In this document: one piece after another, positions 50,582 to 63,972 of the stretch
Position numbering within the stretch: the first letter of the stretch is position 1
Layout: each line of letters opens with the position of its first letter
Assembly (NCBI GenBank): GCA_963754315.1
Contig: CAVWFS010000018.1
Span: forward strand, 650,047 to 714,046
DNA: 64,000 bases
Source: an uncultured Candidatus Rokubacteria bacterium
GTDB taxonomy: Bacteria; Methylomirabilota; Methylomirabilia; Rokubacteriales; CSP1-6
Direction: 5' to 3'
Made by a program: the position numbers and the translations under genes
Notes under the pieces: generated by a model
The model's database searches: none
The model's input: the letters and a program-made list of their open reading frames with translations, nothing else
Told to the model about the DNA's origin: nothing

Positions 50582-51564
50582 CCACGCGTCGGGTGCCCGA
50601 CGAGATCCTGGCCCTCCTGGGTGGCCACGGTGGGCGGGCTCTCATGCTCGGACACGTCCATCCCGATGGGGACGTGCTCGGGACCCTGCTCGCCCTCGGA
50701 CTCGCACTGCAGACGCGCGGTTGGCAGGTCGTCTACGGAGGCCCCCATCCGGCGCCAGCCATTCTCGATTTCCTCCCCGGGGTCGAGCACTACCGTGTTC
50801 TGGAGGGCCTTCAAGGGAGCTTCGAGGTGGCCGTGCTCACCGACTGCCCGAACCCTGATCGTACCGAGGGGTTGATCGGCCAGGCACGCCAGGTTTCGGG
50901 CCGAATCGTGAACATCGACCACCATCCTGACAATCGGCGCTACGGGGACGTGAACTGGGTGGTTCCGCAGGCGGCGGCCACCGGCGAGTTGGTCTACGAG
51001 CTGCTGGTTGCGTTGGGAATTGCCATCACGCCGGCCATGGCGACCAATTTGTTCGCGGCCATTCACACCGACACGGGGTCCTTTCGCTATTCGAACGTGA
51101 CCCCAGATACCCTTCGCATTGCCGGGGCCCTCGTGGCGGCCGGTGCCGACCCTGCGATGGTATCGGGGAATCTCTACGAGCGACGCGCACCAGAGGCTCT
51201 GCGCTCGCTGGCCGAGGTCCTCGGGCGTGTTCAGATGAGCGAGGACCGCCGGGTAGCCTGGCTGAGCCTGCCGGGCGGCCTCGTTCCCGATGACTTCATC
51301 GATGCCGAAGACCTCGTCACCTATCCACGCTCCATCGGATCGGTCCGGGTGGCATGCCTGTTCCGGGAGCGCGACGGGCGTGTGAAGGTGAGCCTTCGCG
51401 GCAAGGGAGAAGCTGACGTACGTCAGATCGCAGCCAGGTTCGGAGGTGGGGGGCACCCGAACGCGGCCGGCTGTAGCGTCGACGGCTCGCTGGAGGGGGT
51501 GACCAAGGACGTGCTCGCCGTGGTCTTCCAGGCGGTGGCCTCCACCGACCCGAGCCTGGACTAA
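50578..51564 (+). CDS. nrnA: DHH/DHHA1 phosphoesterase (NrnA-like oligoribonuclease/pAp phosphatase).
   Basis: HVHPDGDVLGT, NIDHHPDN (DHH) and GGGH (DHHA1) motifs. GTG start overlaps the rbfA stop. Confidence 0.75.
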   Translation: MTTRRVPDEILALLGGHGGRALMLGHVHPDGDVLGTLLALGLALQTRGWQVVYGGPHPAPAILDFLPGVEHYRVLEGLQGSFEVAVLTDCPNPDRTEGLIGQARQVSGRIVNIDHHPDNRRYGDVNWVVPQAAATGELVYELLVALGIAITPAMATNLFAAIHTDTGSFRYSNVTPDTLRIAGALVAAGADPAMVSGNLYERRAPEALRSLAEVLGRVQMSEDRRVAWLSLPGGLVPDDFIDAEDLVTYPRSIGSVRVACLFRERDGRVKVSLRGKGEADVRQIAARFGGGGHPNAAGCSVDGSLEGVTKDVLAVVFQAVASTDPSLD

Positions 51565-51567
51565 CAC

Positions 51568-52506
51568 ATGAAGCGAACGCGGATCGCGGCGCATTCCGGC
51601 GTCTTGGTGGTCGACAAGGCCGCTGGTCTCACCTCGTTCGACGTCGTGGCGCGCGCCCGGCGAGCGCTCGGGGAGCGCCGCATTGGCCATGCCGGCACCC
51701 TAGATCCAGCAGCGGTGGGGGTCCTGCCTTTGCTCGTGGGCGAGGCCACGAAGCTGATGGCCTACTTGATCGAGCAGGACAAAGAGTACGTCGCGATCGT
51801 CCGACTTGGCGTGGCCACGGACACGCAAGACCTGAGCGGACGGATCATGGCCACCAAGCCTGTACCAACGCTCGATCGAGGCCAGCTGGAACGCGTTCTC
51901 AAGAGGTTCGTCGGCCGCATCCGTCAGGCCCCCCCCATGTACTCGGCTGTCCATCACGAAGGGCATCGCTTGTACGAGTTCGCACGCCAGGGTATCGAGG
52001 TTGTGCGGGAAGCGCGTGAGGTGGTGGTGCACGCAATCGAGCTTCTCGACATGCTGAGTGACCAGATCACCTTGAGGGTCGTCTGCGGCAAGGGGACCTA
52101 TCTGCGCGCAATCGCGGCCGACGTCGGGGCAGACTTGGGCTGTGGCGGCGCCATCGAGCATCTGGCACGGGTCCGAGTGGGACCCTTCAACCGTGTCGAG
52201 GCGCTGCCGTCAGACGACCTTGATCGGCTGGAGCGATCGGCCTTGCTGGAGCGCCTGCTTCCCGTCGATGCGCCGCTGGCTGCTTGGCCGGTGATCGCAC
52301 TGGGTGACCGTGACGCCACCGCCTTCATACATGGCCAACCGGTGCCGTTACCCCGGGGTCGGGCCCAGCAGGGGGCGTTCGTCCGGATTCAGCACCAGGA
52401 GGGCCAGTTTCTGGGGGTGGGTGTGGCCGTTGCGGGAGGTACTCGCGTCAGGCCTGAACGAGTCGTCCATGCGGATTGTCCGGGGTATCGAGTCCGCCCC
52501 GCCTGA
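51568..52506 (+). CDS. truB: tRNA pseudouridine(55) synthase.
   Basis: VVDKAAGLTSFDVV...GHAGTLDPAAVGVLPL catalytic Asp motif. Confidence 0.9.
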   Translation: MKRTRIAAHSGVLVVDKAAGLTSFDVVARARRALGERRIGHAGTLDPAAVGVLPLLVGEATKLMAYLIEQDKEYVAIVRLGVATDTQDLSGRIMATKPVPTLDRGQLERVLKRFVGRIRQAPPMYSAVHHEGHRLYEFARQGIEVVREAREVVVHAIELLDMLSDQITLRVVCGKGTYLRAIAADVGADLGCGGAIEHLARVRVGPFNRVEALPSDDLDRLERSALLERLLPVDAPLAAWPVIALGDRDATAFIHGQPVPLPRGRAQQGAFVRIQHQEGQFLGVGVAVAGGTRVRPERVVHADCPGYRVRPA

Positions 52507-53386
52507 GTCGGCCGGGGGCGTCGTTGCTCTCGGCGTCTTCGACGGCATTCACCTTGGTCACCGCAAGATCCTGGGGTTTGCGGTCGGTCGGAGCCGCGAT
52601 CTGACAGTGGCCTCGCTTGCCTGCACATTCGATCCGCAGCCGGTCGAGGTGCTCCAGCCGGAACGGGCGCCAGTGCCCATCACGACTCTCGAGGAGCGGC
52701 TTGAGCTGATCGCCGAAGCCGGTGTTCAGATGACGATCGTGCTGCCCTTCACGGCGGCTCTCGCCGGCATGGAGCCGGAGGCATTCATCGAGGACGTGAT
52801 GCTCAGGAAGCTCGGGGTGCGGGAGATCGTGGTGGGGTTCAATCATCGCTTCGGCCGGGGTGCGCGCGGCGACCCCGCCTTGCTGGAGGCCCTCGCCGCC
52901 CGACTGGGTTTTCGCGCCCACGTGGTGGCGCCGCTGATCGTGGATGGGGGGCCCGTGTCGTCGACGGAGATTCGCGCGGCCCTCCAGCGAGGCGACCTCG
53001 ACCGTGCCCACCGCTTGCTCGGGCGCGACTATTCGCTCGGCGGTGAGGTCGTTCGCGGCGCCGGTCGCGGGCGAACCCTTGGCTTCCCAACCGCCAACGT
53101 CAAGCCCGAACGGCCCCCGCTCATCCCTTTCGGGGTCTACGCCTGCTGGGCTTGGGTGGCCGGGGAGCGCCTCAAGGCCGTCGTCAACGTTGGAAGCCAG
53201 CCCACCTTTGGTGAGAATGCGGTGGCCATTGAAGCCCATCTCCTCGATTTCGAAGGCGATCTCTATGGGTGCCGCGTCCGTCTTGCTTTCGTCCGTCGCC
53301 TCCGCGCTGAGATGAGGTTTCCGTCGGTTGACGCGCTCCGGAAGCAGATTGGCACGGACGCGGCCGAGGCCCGAAGCCTCCTCTAG
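52469..53386 (+). CDS. ribF: bifunctional riboflavin kinase/FMN adenylyltransferase.
   Basis: GVFDGIHLGHRKIL, RFGRGARGD, C-terminal riboflavin kinase (GFPTANV...E). Start MRIVRG overlaps the truB end. Confidence 0.9.
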   Translation: MRIVRGIESAPPESAGGVVALGVFDGIHLGHRKILGFAVGRSRDLTVASLACTFDPQPVEVLQPERAPVPITTLEERLELIAEAGVQMTIVLPFTAALAGMEPEAFIEDVMLRKLGVREIVVGFNHRFGRGARGDPALLEALAARLGFRAHVVAPLIVDGGPVSSTEIRAALQRGDLDRAHRLLGRDYSLGGEVVRGAGRGRTLGFPTANVKPERPPLIPFGVYACWAWVAGERLKAVVNVGSQPTFGENAVAIEAHLLDFEGDLYGCRVRLAFVRRLRAEMRFPSVDALRKQIGTDAAEARSLL

Positions 53387-53504
53387 GCGGCTACGCCGTG
53401 GGCATGGTACACTCTGGAGGTATCTGCTGGTCACGTAAGGGTTTTTGAACCCGTCCCGGCGGATTCCATCCTCGGGGCGAGGCGATTGCACGGAGGCCCA
53501 CCAC

Positions 53505-53774
53505 ATGCCGTTGAACGTTGAGAAGAAGCGAAGCGTGATCGAACAGTTCAGGACGCACGAAGGCGACACGGGGTCGCCGGAGGTCCAGATCGCCCTGCTC
53601 AGTGAGCGAATCAACGGGCTCACGGATCACTTCAAGCAGCACGCCAAAGACCACCACTCCCGGCGCGGCCTGCTGATGCTCATTGGCAAGCGTCGGGGTC
53701 TGATCGAGTACCTGAAGGCGAAGGATCCTGAGCGCTATCGGACGGTGCTCGACAAGCTCGGGATCCGTCGGTGA
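53505..53774 (+). CDS. rpsO: 30S ribosomal protein S15.
   Basis: [57 protein letters not shown]. Confidence 0.9.
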   Translation: MPLNVEKKRSVIEQFRTHEGDTGSPEVQIALLSERINGLTDHFKQHAKDHHSRRGLLMLIGKRRGLIEYLKAKDPERYRTVLDKLGIRR

Positions 53775-53907
53775 TTGACGGTCTTACCACGAAATCGGAT
53801 TGGTCCTCGGACGGGGAGCTCCCGGGGGCCCTCGGGCGGACACAGGTCCGGCCCGGCATTCATGACGGTCGCCGACAGACGGCAGACCCACGAGGACAAG
53901 CATTCGT
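53775..53907 (+). promoter_or_regulatory. pnp 5' leader with GC-rich palindromes (candidate RNase III processing/autoregulatory hairpin).
   Basis: 133-nt untranslated gap between rpsO and pnp. Contains the palindrome GGGAGCTCCC and GGGGGCCCTCGGGCGG. Confidence 0.35.
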
Positions 53908-56038
<2,131 letters not shown>

Positions 56039-56046
<8 letters not shown>

Positions 56047-57304
56047 AGAGTATCGCAAGAGCGTCCTTCCCAACGGGATCCGCATCCTCACCGAGCGTAT
56101 GCCGCACGTTCGCTCGGTCGCGGTGGGAATCTGGGTGGGCACAGGCTCCCGACGTGAACCGGACGATCGGGGCGGGATCTCTCACCTGATCGAGCACCTG
56201 GTGTTCAAGGGGACGGCCACCCGGAGCGCGGAAGACATCGCGCGCACCATGGATTCGGTCGGTGGCCAGATGGACGCCTTCACGACCAAGGAACATACCT
56301 GCTTCTACGTGCAGGTTCTCGACGAGCACCTGCCATTGGCTGTGGATCTGCTCACCGATATCCTCCTGCACCCCCTCTTCAACGCCGAGGAGTTGGAGCG
56401 CGAGAAGTCGGTGGTCCTGCAAGAGATCAAGATGGTGGAGGATACGCCGGACGACATTATCCACGATATCTTTGCCGAACAGGTCTGGAAAGGGCATCCC
56501 CTGGGACGGCCCATCCTGGGAACTCGTGACGGCGTGAACGGGTTCACGCGGTCGACAGTGACCTCCCACTTCACTGACGAGTACGTGCCCCCCAAGATCA
56601 TCGTGGCCGTCGCCGGCAATGTCGAGCATGCGCGTGTCGTCGATCGCTTCGCGACCGCTTTCGGCGGCTTCCGGCGGGCACCCCTCGAGCGTGCCGACTC
56701 GCTTCCGCAGATGACCCCGAGCGTGCAGATCGTGAGCAAGAGCCTTGAGCAAGTGCACGTGGTCATGGGCTTCCCGGGACTCGCGCACGCGGCCCCTGGG
56801 CGTTACGCGCTCGTTGTCCTGAACGACATCATGGGGGGAAGCATGTCGTCTCGGCTCTTTCAGGAGGTGCGCGAGCGCCAGGGCCTGGTGTACTCGATCC
56901 ATTCCGGGGCCCAGAGCTACCTCGACACGGGCCTGCTGTACCTCTACGCCGCCACCGAGGCGTCGAACTTCTCCAAGATGCTCAAGTCGATCCTCAAGGA
57001 GTTGCGTGAGCTGAAGAAGAACGGTGTCTCTGCCGAAGAGCTGGTCCGGGCCAAGGATCACCTCAAGGGCGGTCTCATGCTTGGCCTCGAGTCGACGAGC
57101 AGCAGGATGAATCGCCTGGCCAAGCACGAGATGCACTTCGGCGCGTTCATGTCCATGGACGCCATGTTGGCCGCCATCAGCGCCGTCCGGCACGAGGAGG
57201 TCCAGGCGCTGGTGGGAGAGCTGCTGGATGAGGAGCGGCTGGCCCTCGCCACCCTCGGTCCGCTCGACCGGCGCAATCTCCCACGCGAACTGCTCCACCG
57301 CTGA
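56039..57304 (+). CDS. M16-family zinc peptidase (PqqL/YmxG-like).
   Basis: Inverted zinc motif HLIEHLVFKG (HxxEH). GTG start overlaps the pnp stop. Confidence 0.8.
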
Positions 57305-57311
57305 GCCTTCC

Positions 57312-58607
57312 ATGATCGAGCGCTACACCCGTCCGGATATGGGGCGGATCTGGAGCGAGGAGACCAAGTACGCCACCTGGCTGCGGGTCGAGCTGGCCGT
57401 GTGCGAGGCCTACGCGCGCCGGGGACGCATCCCTCCCGAGGCCCTGGCGCGAATCCTGGCCAAGGCGCGAATCGACATCGGCCGGATCCAGGAGATCCTG
57501 GTCCGGGTCAAGCATGAGATGATCGCGCTTCTCACCAGCCTCGAGGAAGACCTCGGGGAGGACTCTCGCTTCGTCCACATCGGCCTGACCTCGTCCGACG
57601 TGTGGGACACCGCCACGGCGCTGCAGCTTCGCGATGCAGCCGACCTGCTGATCGCGGGCCAGGAGCGCCTGCGCCGCGTGCTAGGGGACTTGGCCCTGCG
57701 CCACAAGGACAGCGTCATGGTGGGGCGGACGCACGGGGTGCACGCCGAGCCCATCACCTTCGGGCTTAAGGTCGCTGTCTGGTATGCCGAAGCCGAGCGG
57801 AATCTCGAGCGCTTGCGCCGGGCCCAGGCTGCCATCGCCGTGGGCAAGCTGTCGGGGGCAGTGGGAAGCTTTGCCCACGTGGACCCGGATCTCGAGGAGG
57901 AGGTGTGCCGCGCGCTCAGTCTGGCGCCGGCGCCCGCGTCGACCCAGGTCATCCAGCGAGACCGTCACGCCGAGTACTGTGCCGCGCTTGCCATTGCCGG
58001 TGCCTCTCTGGAGAAGATCGCTCTCGAGATCCGCGGCCTGCAGCGCACGGAGGTTCTCGAGGTGGAGGAACCGTTTGGGGAGGGGCAAAAGGGTTCCAGC
58101 GCCATGCCTCACAAGCGCAACCCCGAGCTGGCCGAGCGGATCTGCGGGCTGGCCAGGCTCCTGCGGACCAATGCTCTGGCCGCCCTGGAGAACGTGGCCC
58201 TCTGGCACGAGCGGGATATCAGCCATTCGTCGGTGGAGCGCGTCATTTTTCCCGACTCCACCATCCTGCTCGACTACCTGCTGGATCTGACGGCGTCCGT
58301 GCTGGAGGGATTGCGGGTGGATCCTGCTCGCATGATCGAGAACTTCGACCGCAGTCACGGCCTCGTGTACTCTCAGCGTGTGCTCCTGCGACTGACGGAA
58401 GCAGGCTTGGCCCGGCAGGTAGCGTACGAGCTGGTCCAGGGCCTCGCCATGCGCGCCTGGCGCGAGCGGCGCCCCTTCTTCGACCTGCTGGCCAGCGAAC
58501 CCGCTGTCACCCGCCACATCAATGCCGAAGAGCTCAAGGCATGTTTCGAACCCGCCTGGTACGTGCGGAACGTTGACGCGGTCTTTCGGAGACTCGGCCT
58601 CACGTGA
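57312..58607 (+). CDS. purB: adenylosuccinate lyase.
   Basis: MIERYTRPDMGRIWSEE..., fumarate-lyase signature GSSAMPHKRNP. Confidence 0.9.
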   Translation: MIERYTRPDMGRIWSEETKYATWLRVELAVCEAYARRGRIPPEALARILAKARIDIGRIQEILVRVKHEMIALLTSLEEDLGEDSRFVHIGLTSSDVWDTATALQLRDAADLLIAGQERLRRVLGDLALRHKDSVMVGRTHGVHAEPITFGLKVAVWYAEAERNLERLRRAQAAIAVGKLSGAVGSFAHVDPDLEEEVCRALSLAPAPASTQVIQRDRHAEYCAALAIAGASLEKIALEIRGLQRTEVLEVEEPFGEGQKGSSAMPHKRNPELAERICGLARLLRTNALAALENVALWHERDISHSSVERVIFPDSTILLDYLLDLTASVLEGLRVDPARMIENFDRSHGLVYSQRVLLRLTEAGLARQVAYELVQGLAMRAWRERRPFFDLLASEPAVTRHINAEELKACFEPAWYVRNVDAVFRRLGLT

Positions 58608-59356
58608 CCTCCGGGCAGCGGAAGCCCACCACCTCCCAATCGGCACCCCGCACGTCGTCCAAGCTCTACGAAGGCAAGGCCAAGATCGTGTACGCCACAA
58701 CTGATCCGGCCCAGGTCATCCAGTACTTCAAGGATGACGCCACCGCATTCAACGCGCTCAAGCGCGGGACCATCGTCGGCAAGGGTGTGGTGAACAATCG
58801 GATGTCGGCCATCGTCTTCAAGCGGCTCGAGCGGGCAGGCGTACCCACTCACTATCTGGGTACCCCGTCCGACCGCGAGATGCTCTGCCGGCGGCTGGAC
58901 ATCATCAAGGTGGAGACCATCGTGCGCAATGTGGTGGCGGGTAGTCTGGCCAAGCGAACAGGGCTTGCCGAAGGGACCGTCATGGCCCGGCCCGTCGTCG
59001 AGCTGTATCTCAAGTCCGACCCGCTGGGCGATCCCATGATCAACGACGATCACGTGCGTCTGCTGAATCTGGCGACTCCCCGGGAGCTCGCCTGGATGCG
59101 GTGTACCGCGCTCCGCGTCAACACCGTCCTGCGGCCCTACCTCGAGCGCCGGGGACTGTGTCTCGTCGACTTCAAGCTCGAGTTCGGCCGGCGGGGCCGG
59201 CAGCTCTATCTGGGCGATGAGATCTCGCCCGACACCTGCCGTCTGTGGGACGTCACGAGTCGGGAGAAGCTCGACAAGGATCGGTTCCGGCAGGATCTGG
59301 GAGGAGTTGAGGAGGCCTACCAGGAGGTGTACCAGCGGCTCGTGAAGCGGCCATGA
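58604..59356 (+). CDS. purC: phosphoribosylaminoimidazole-succinocarboxamide synthase.
   Basis: LYEGKAKIVY...DFKLEFG SAICAR synthase motifs. GTG start overlaps the purB stop. Confidence 0.9.
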   Translation: MTSGQRKPTTSQSAPRTSSKLYEGKAKIVYATTDPAQVIQYFKDDATAFNALKRGTIVGKGVVNNRMSAIVFKRLERAGVPTHYLGTPSDREMLCRRLDIIKVETIVRNVVAGSLAKRTGLAEGTVMARPVVELYLKSDPLGDPMINDDHVRLLNLATPRELAWMRCTALRVNTVLRPYLERRGLCLVDFKLEFGRRGRQLYLGDEISPDTCRLWDVTSREKLDKDRFRQDLGGVEEAYQEVYQRLVKRP

Positions 59357-59622
59357 CCTTGCGGGTTCTCGTCCGGCTCAAGCCCGGGATCATGGACGTG
59401 CAAGGCACGGCAGTGCAGCGCGCTCTGGTGGGGCTCGGCTTCGGTGATCTCACGGGGCTCCGGATCGGCAAGGTGATCGAGATGGATCTCGAAGCCCCAT
59501 CGCCCGAGAGGGCGCGGGCGCGCGCGGAGGACATGTGCAGGAAGCTTCTGGCCAATCCGGTCCTCGAGGACTATGAGGTCCACGTGCTCGGCGATGTTGC
59601 GACACCAGGGCCAGGACGCTAA
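59353..59622 (+). CDS. purS: FGAM synthase PurS subunit.
   Basis: About 89-aa PurS family (VLVRLKPGIMDVQGTAVQRAL). Confidence 0.9.
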   Translation: MTLRVLVRLKPGIMDVQGTAVQRALVGLGFGDLTGLRIGKVIEMDLEAPSPERARARAEDMCRKLLANPVLEDYEVHVLGDVATPGPGR

Positions 59623-59637
59623 GATGAGTCGGCTTTC

Positions 59638-60351
59638 ATGAACTTCGGTGTGGCCGTGTTCCCCGGTACCTGGAGTGATGCCGACTTTCACCATGTCATC
59701 GCCGATGTTCTCGGCCAGCCCGTCCGTTACGTCTGGCACCGAGAAACCGACCTCACGCAGCTCGACTGCGTGATTCTGCCCGGCGGGTTTGCCTACGGCG
59801 ACTATCTGCGGGCGGGGGCGGTGGCAGCGAGGTCACCCCTCGTCCGCGTTCTCCCCGAGTTCGTGGCAAGGGGGGGCTTTGTGCTCGGATCGTGCAATGG
59901 CTTCCAAATCTTGTGTGAGGCAGGGCTTCTGCCGGGCGCGCTCATGCGCAACGAGTGTCTGCAGTACCGATGTCAGATGGTCCACCTGCGCGTTGAGAAC
60001 ACCGATACGGTCTTCACGCGGGCCTGTCGGGAGGGGCAAGTGCTGACCATGCCGATCTCCCACGGGGAGGGCAGGTACTACGCCGATCCAGGCACCCTGG
60101 AACGGCTGCAGAACTCGAAGCAGATCGTGTTTCGCTACGCTACCGCCCACGGACAACTCACCCCTGAGACCAATCCCAATGGATCGCTGGGCGCCATCGC
60201 GGGAGTCGTGAATGAGTCGGGAACCGTGCTCGGTATGATGCCGCATCCCGAACGTGCGGCCGAGATGATTCTTGGAGGAGCGGATGGCCTCTTGATCTTC
60301 CAGTCTCTCCTCGGACTGCTCGTCGAGGCGGGCACCTTCACGCGTCGGTAG
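59638..60351 (+). CDS. purQ: FGAM synthase glutaminase subunit PurQ.
   Basis: Class I GATase triad region (GSCNGFQIL...MPHPER). Confidence 0.9.
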   Translation: MNFGVAVFPGTWSDADFHHVIADVLGQPVRYVWHRETDLTQLDCVILPGGFAYGDYLRAGAVAARSPLVRVLPEFVARGGFVLGSCNGFQILCEAGLLPGALMRNECLQYRCQMVHLRVENTDTVFTRACREGQVLTMPISHGEGRYYADPGTLERLQNSKQIVFRYATAHGQLTPETNPNGSLGAIAGVVNESGTVLGMMPHPERAAEMILGGADGLLIFQSLLGLLVEAGTFTRR

Positions 60352-60434
60352 CCATCGCCACCGAGGTTTCGCCCTCCGTCACCGCCGAGCTCGCCGGGTC
60401 ACTCGGTCTGACTTGTGACGAGTACGAGCGTATT

Positions 60435-62579
60435 GTGACGCGTCTGGGGCGGCAGCCTACCTACGCAGAGCTCGGGCTGTTCTCGGCACTGTGGTCAGAG
60501 CATTGCTCGTACAAGCACTCGCGGGTTTTCCTGCGCCGGCTGCCGCAGACCGGTCCGGCTGTCCTGCAGGGTCCGGGCGAGAACGCGGGAGCGATCGACA
60601 TCGGGGACGGCTGGGCTGTGGTCTTCAAGATCGAAAGTCACAACCACCCTTCCTTCATAGAGCCCTTCCAGGGGGCGGCCACCGGGGTGGGGGGAATCCT
60701 GCGCGACATCTTCACCATGGGGGCACGGCCCATTGCGCTGCTCGATTCGCTCCGTTTCGGGGATCCCGCCGACCCTAAGACCCGGCACCTCATTCAGGGA
60801 GTCGTAGCGGGCATCAGCTGGTACGGCAACTGCTTTGGCTGCCCGACGGTGGGGGGCGAGATCGCCTTCGCCCCCGAGTATTCAGGCAATCCCCTCGTCA
60901 ACGTCATGTGTGTCGGGCTCGTCCGCGCTGACAAGATCTTTCGGGCTCGGGCCGAGGGGCTCGGGAACCCGGTCTTCTACGTGGGCAACAAGACGGGTCG
61001 GGACGGGATCCACGGGGCGACCATGGCCTCCGCCGCTTTTGACGAGCGGGCCGCAGAGCGGCGCCCCACGGTCCAGGTGGGCGATCCCTTCACCGAGAAG
61101 CTCTTGCTCGAGGCGTGCCTGGAAGCGATGGCCAGTGGAGCCGTGATAGGGATCCAGGATATGGGGGCGGCCGGGTTGGCCTGCTGCACCTCGGAGATGC
61201 CGGCGCGGAGCGACACGGGAATGGACGTTGACCTCACCCGTGTTCCCCGCCGCGAGAGCGGGATGTCGGCTTACGAGATCCTTTTGTCGGAGTCCCAGGA
61301 GCGCATGCTCTTGGTGGCGGAGAACGGGCGGGAGCCGGAGATCGGGCGCATCTTCGCCAAGTGGGATCTCGATGCGGTCGAAATCGGTCGCGTGACCGCG
61401 GGGCCTGATCTCGTCGTACGGCTCGATGGAGCCGAGGTGGCGCGAGTGCCGGTTGAAGCGCTGAACGCAGCGCCGATCTATGAGAAACCCACGGCGGCTC
61501 CGCCGTGGCTGGCCGCGCAGCGGGCGGTCGATCCCCTGGCCTTCGCCGAGCCAGCTGATGGCACCGAGGCGCTCGAGGCGCTGCTGGGCTCGCCAACGAT
61601 CGCGTCGAAGGCCTGGGCGTTTCGTCAATACGACCAGCAGGTTGGCCTCAACAGCCTGGTGGCCCCCGGCTCCGACGCGGCGGTGCTGCGCGTCAAAGGA
61701 ACGCGGCGAGGCTTGGCGGTTGCCACTGACGGCAATGCCCGCTATGTCGCACTCGATCCGCGGCGCGGAGCGGCCATGGCGGTGGCCGAGGCGGCCCGGA
61801 ACGTGTCCTGTGCCGGCGGTCGCCCTCTGGGAGTGACGGACTGTCTGAACTTCGGCTCGCCGGAGCGACCGGAGATCCTGTGGCAGTTCGTCAACGCCAT
61901 CGAGGGCATTGCCGAAGCGTGCCGCGCGCTCCAGCTGCCGGTAGTGGGGGGCAACGTTTCCTTCTACAATGAGACCAGTGGCCACGCTATCCCACCCACG
62001 CCGATCATCGGGGTGGTGGGGGTCCTGGATGAAGTCGAGCGGCACGCCACCCAGTGGTTCAAGGGTGATGGCCATCGGATCGCGCTGTTGGGCGGCGCCG
62101 ACATCAGCCTCGGGGGCAGCGAATACCTCTGGACCCGACATGGCGTGTTGGGAGGAGAGCTGGCGCCGCTCGATCTCGACCTGGAGGGGCGTGTCCAGGC
62201 GGCGGCGCGGGCTGCCGTGCAGGCCGGTCTGGTTTCGGCCTCTCACGACTGCGCCGAAGGGGGGCTAGCCGTTGCGCTGGCGGAGGGATGCGTTTCCGGA
62301 CCGGAGCTCATCGGGTGCACGGTGACGCTCGCCGAGTCCCACCGGGCAGACCTCGCCCTGTTCGGCGAGGGCCCGTCACGGCTCGTGGTGACGGTCGAAA
62401 CGGAGCGAGCCCGGGCCTTCGAGGCGCTGATGGCCGAGTGGCTCCTCCCGTGGTGCTGGATCGGGCAGACGGGGGGGCCGCGGATGGTAGTGGCGATAGG
62501 GGGGCAAACGGTCGTGAACGCGGATCTCGGTCGGCTCCAGACCGCGTGGAGGAACGGATTTGAACGTCACGTGGGGTGA
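60435..62579 (+). CDS. purL: FGAM synthase II (PurL, small type). N-terminal homology continues about 27 codons upstream of the ORF-track GTG, to about 60354, with no canonical start codon in frame.
   Basis: [39 protein letters not shown] aligns with B. subtilis PurL residues ~22-60. The in-frame upstream codons [18 protein letters not shown] have no ATG/GTG/TTG. Confidence 0.9.
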   Translation: MTRLGRQPTYAELGLFSALWSEHCSYKHSRVFLRRLPQTGPAVLQGPGENAGAIDIGDGWAVVFKIESHNHPSFIEPFQGAATGVGGILRDIFTMGARPIALLDSLRFGDPADPKTRHLIQGVVAGISWYGNCFGCPTVGGEIAFAPEYSGNPLVNVMCVGLVRADKIFRARAEGLGNPVFYVGNKTGRDGIHGATMASAAFDERAAERRPTVQVGDPFTEKLLLEACLEAMASGAVIGIQDMGAAGLACCTSEMPARSDTGMDVDLTRVPRRESGMSAYEILLSESQERMLLVAENGREPEIGRIFAKWDLDAVEIGRVTAGPDLVVRLDGAEVARVPVEALNAAPIYEKPTAAPPWLAAQRAVDPLAFAEPADGTEALEALLGSPTIASKAWAFRQYDQQVGLNSLVAPGSDAAVLRVKGTRRGLAVATDGNARYVALDPRRGAAMAVAEAARNVSCAGGRPLGVTDCLNFGSPERPEILWQFVNAIEGIAEACRALQLPVVGGNVSFYNETSGHAIPPTPIIGVVGVLDEVERHATQWFKGDGHRIALLGGADISLGGSEYLWTRHGVLGGELAPLDLDLEGRVQAAARAAVQAGLVSASHDCAEGGLAVALAEGCVSGPELIGCTVTLAESHRADLALFGEGPSRLVVTVETERARAFEALMAEWLLPWCWIGQTGGPRMVVAIGGQTVVNADLGRLQTAWRNGFERHVG

Positions 62580-63972
62580 CGACAAGTTCCACGACGAATG
62601 TGGGCTCTTCGGTATCTGGAACCATCCGGAGGCCGCCAACGTGACCTATCTCGGCCTCTATGCCCTCCAGCATCGTGGACAGGAGTCCGCGGGTATCGCG
62701 GCTAGTGACGGCACCGCCTTTCACACCGAGAAGGCCATGGGCTGGGTGGCCGACGTCTTCAGTCCAGAGCGGCTGCGCCGGCTCCCCGGCACGCGAGCGA
62801 TCGGACACGTCCGCTATTCGACGGCAGGCAGCTCGAACCTGCGCAACGCCCAGCCCATCACGGCCAGCACGGCGCGGGGTCCCATCGCCATCGCCCACAA
62901 CGGCAATTTGACGAATGCGGACCACTTGCGACGTGAAATGGAGCGCGACGGCGCCATCTTCCAGTCAAATTCCGACACCGAGGTGATTCTGCACCTCCTG
63001 GCGCGGGCCCCGGCTGCACCGCTCGAGGAGCAGCTGCCCCACGTCCTCGCTCAGGTTCAGGGTGCCTATTCGCTGCTCCTGCTCACGCCGGACGCCCTCT
63101 ACGCCGTGCGCGATCCGTATGGGTTCCGACCGCTTTCGCTTGGGCGCCTCGACCACGCGTGGCTGGTGGCCTCCGAGACCTGCGCGCTCGATCTCATGGA
63201 GGCCCAGACCGAGCGGGACGTGGAGCCGGGAGAGCTGGTCGTCGTGAGCGACGCCGGGATCAAGTCGATCCGGGCCTTCGCGCCGCGCGCCCGGCTGCAG
63301 TGCGTGTTCGAGTACGTGTACTTCGCGCGCCCGGATTCGATCCTGTGGGGACGCAACGTGCATACCGTGCGCAAGGCGCTCGGTCACCAACTGGCGCGCG
63401 AGCATCCGGTTCTGGCCGATATCGTCATCCCCGTTCCCGACTCGGGCGTGAGCGCCGCCCTCGGCTACTCCGAGGAATCGGGGACACGCTACGAGATGGG
63501 GCTGATCCGTAACCACTACGTCGGCCGCACCTTCATCGAACCAAAGCAGGGGATCCGCCACTTCGGGGTGAAGGTGAAGCTCAACCCCATGCGCACGATG
63601 CTGGAGGGGAGGCGGGTGGTGGTCGTGGACGATTCGATCGTGCGCGGCACGACGAGCCGCAAGATCGTCAGGATGATCCGCAGTGCTGGCGCCCGCGAGG
63701 TTCACATGCGCATCTCGTCGCCCCCAATTCAGTGGCCGTGTTACTACGGGATCGATACACCCACACGGAGAGAGCTCATTGGGTCTAGCCACGACGTGGA
63801 GGAGATCCGGCGCTACCTGAGTGCCGATAGTCTGGGTTATTTGTCGCTGGAGGGGATGCTGAAGGCCACCGGGGCCGATCCCGAGCACTTCTGCCACGCA
63901 TGCTTCACCGGTGACTACCGCGTCGGGATCGAGCCCGAGCCGGCCGCTCAGCTCCGACTCTTCGAACCATAG
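62560..63972 (+). CDS. purF: amidophosphoribosyltransferase with N-terminal propeptide.
   Basis: Propeptide then nucleophile Cys (HDECGLFGI), PRTase motif [13 protein letters not shown], 4Fe-4S Cys ligands. TTG start overlaps the purL stop. Confidence 0.9.
   Translation: MNVTWGDDKFHDECGLFGIWNHPEAANVTYLGLYALQHRGQESAGIAASDGTAFHTEKAMGWVADVFSPERLRRLPGTRAIGHVRYSTAGSSNLRNAQPITASTARGPIAIAHNGNLTNADHLRREMERDGAIFQSNSDTEVILHLLARAPAAPLEEQLPHVLAQVQGAYSLLLLTPDALYAVRDPYGFRPLSLGRLDHAWLVASETCALDLMEAQTERDVEPGELVVVSDAGIKSIRAFAPRARLQCVFEYVYFARPDSILWGRNVHTVRKALGHQLAREHPVLADIVIPVPDSGVSAALGYSEESGTRYEMGLIRNHYVGRTFIEPKQGIRHFGVKVKLNPMRTMLEGRRVVVVDDSIVRGTTSRKIVRMIRSAGAREVHMRISSPPIQWPCYYGIDTPTRRELIGSSHDVEEIRRYLSADSLGYLSLEGMLKATGADPEHFCHACFTGDYRVGIEPEPAAQLRLFEP

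Noticed and set aside
52304-52468. Long N-terminal extension of ribF overlapping truB.
   Set aside because: RibF homology starts at MRIVRGIESAPP. The upstream in-frame stretch has no similarity and would overlap the truB 3' end by about 200 nt.
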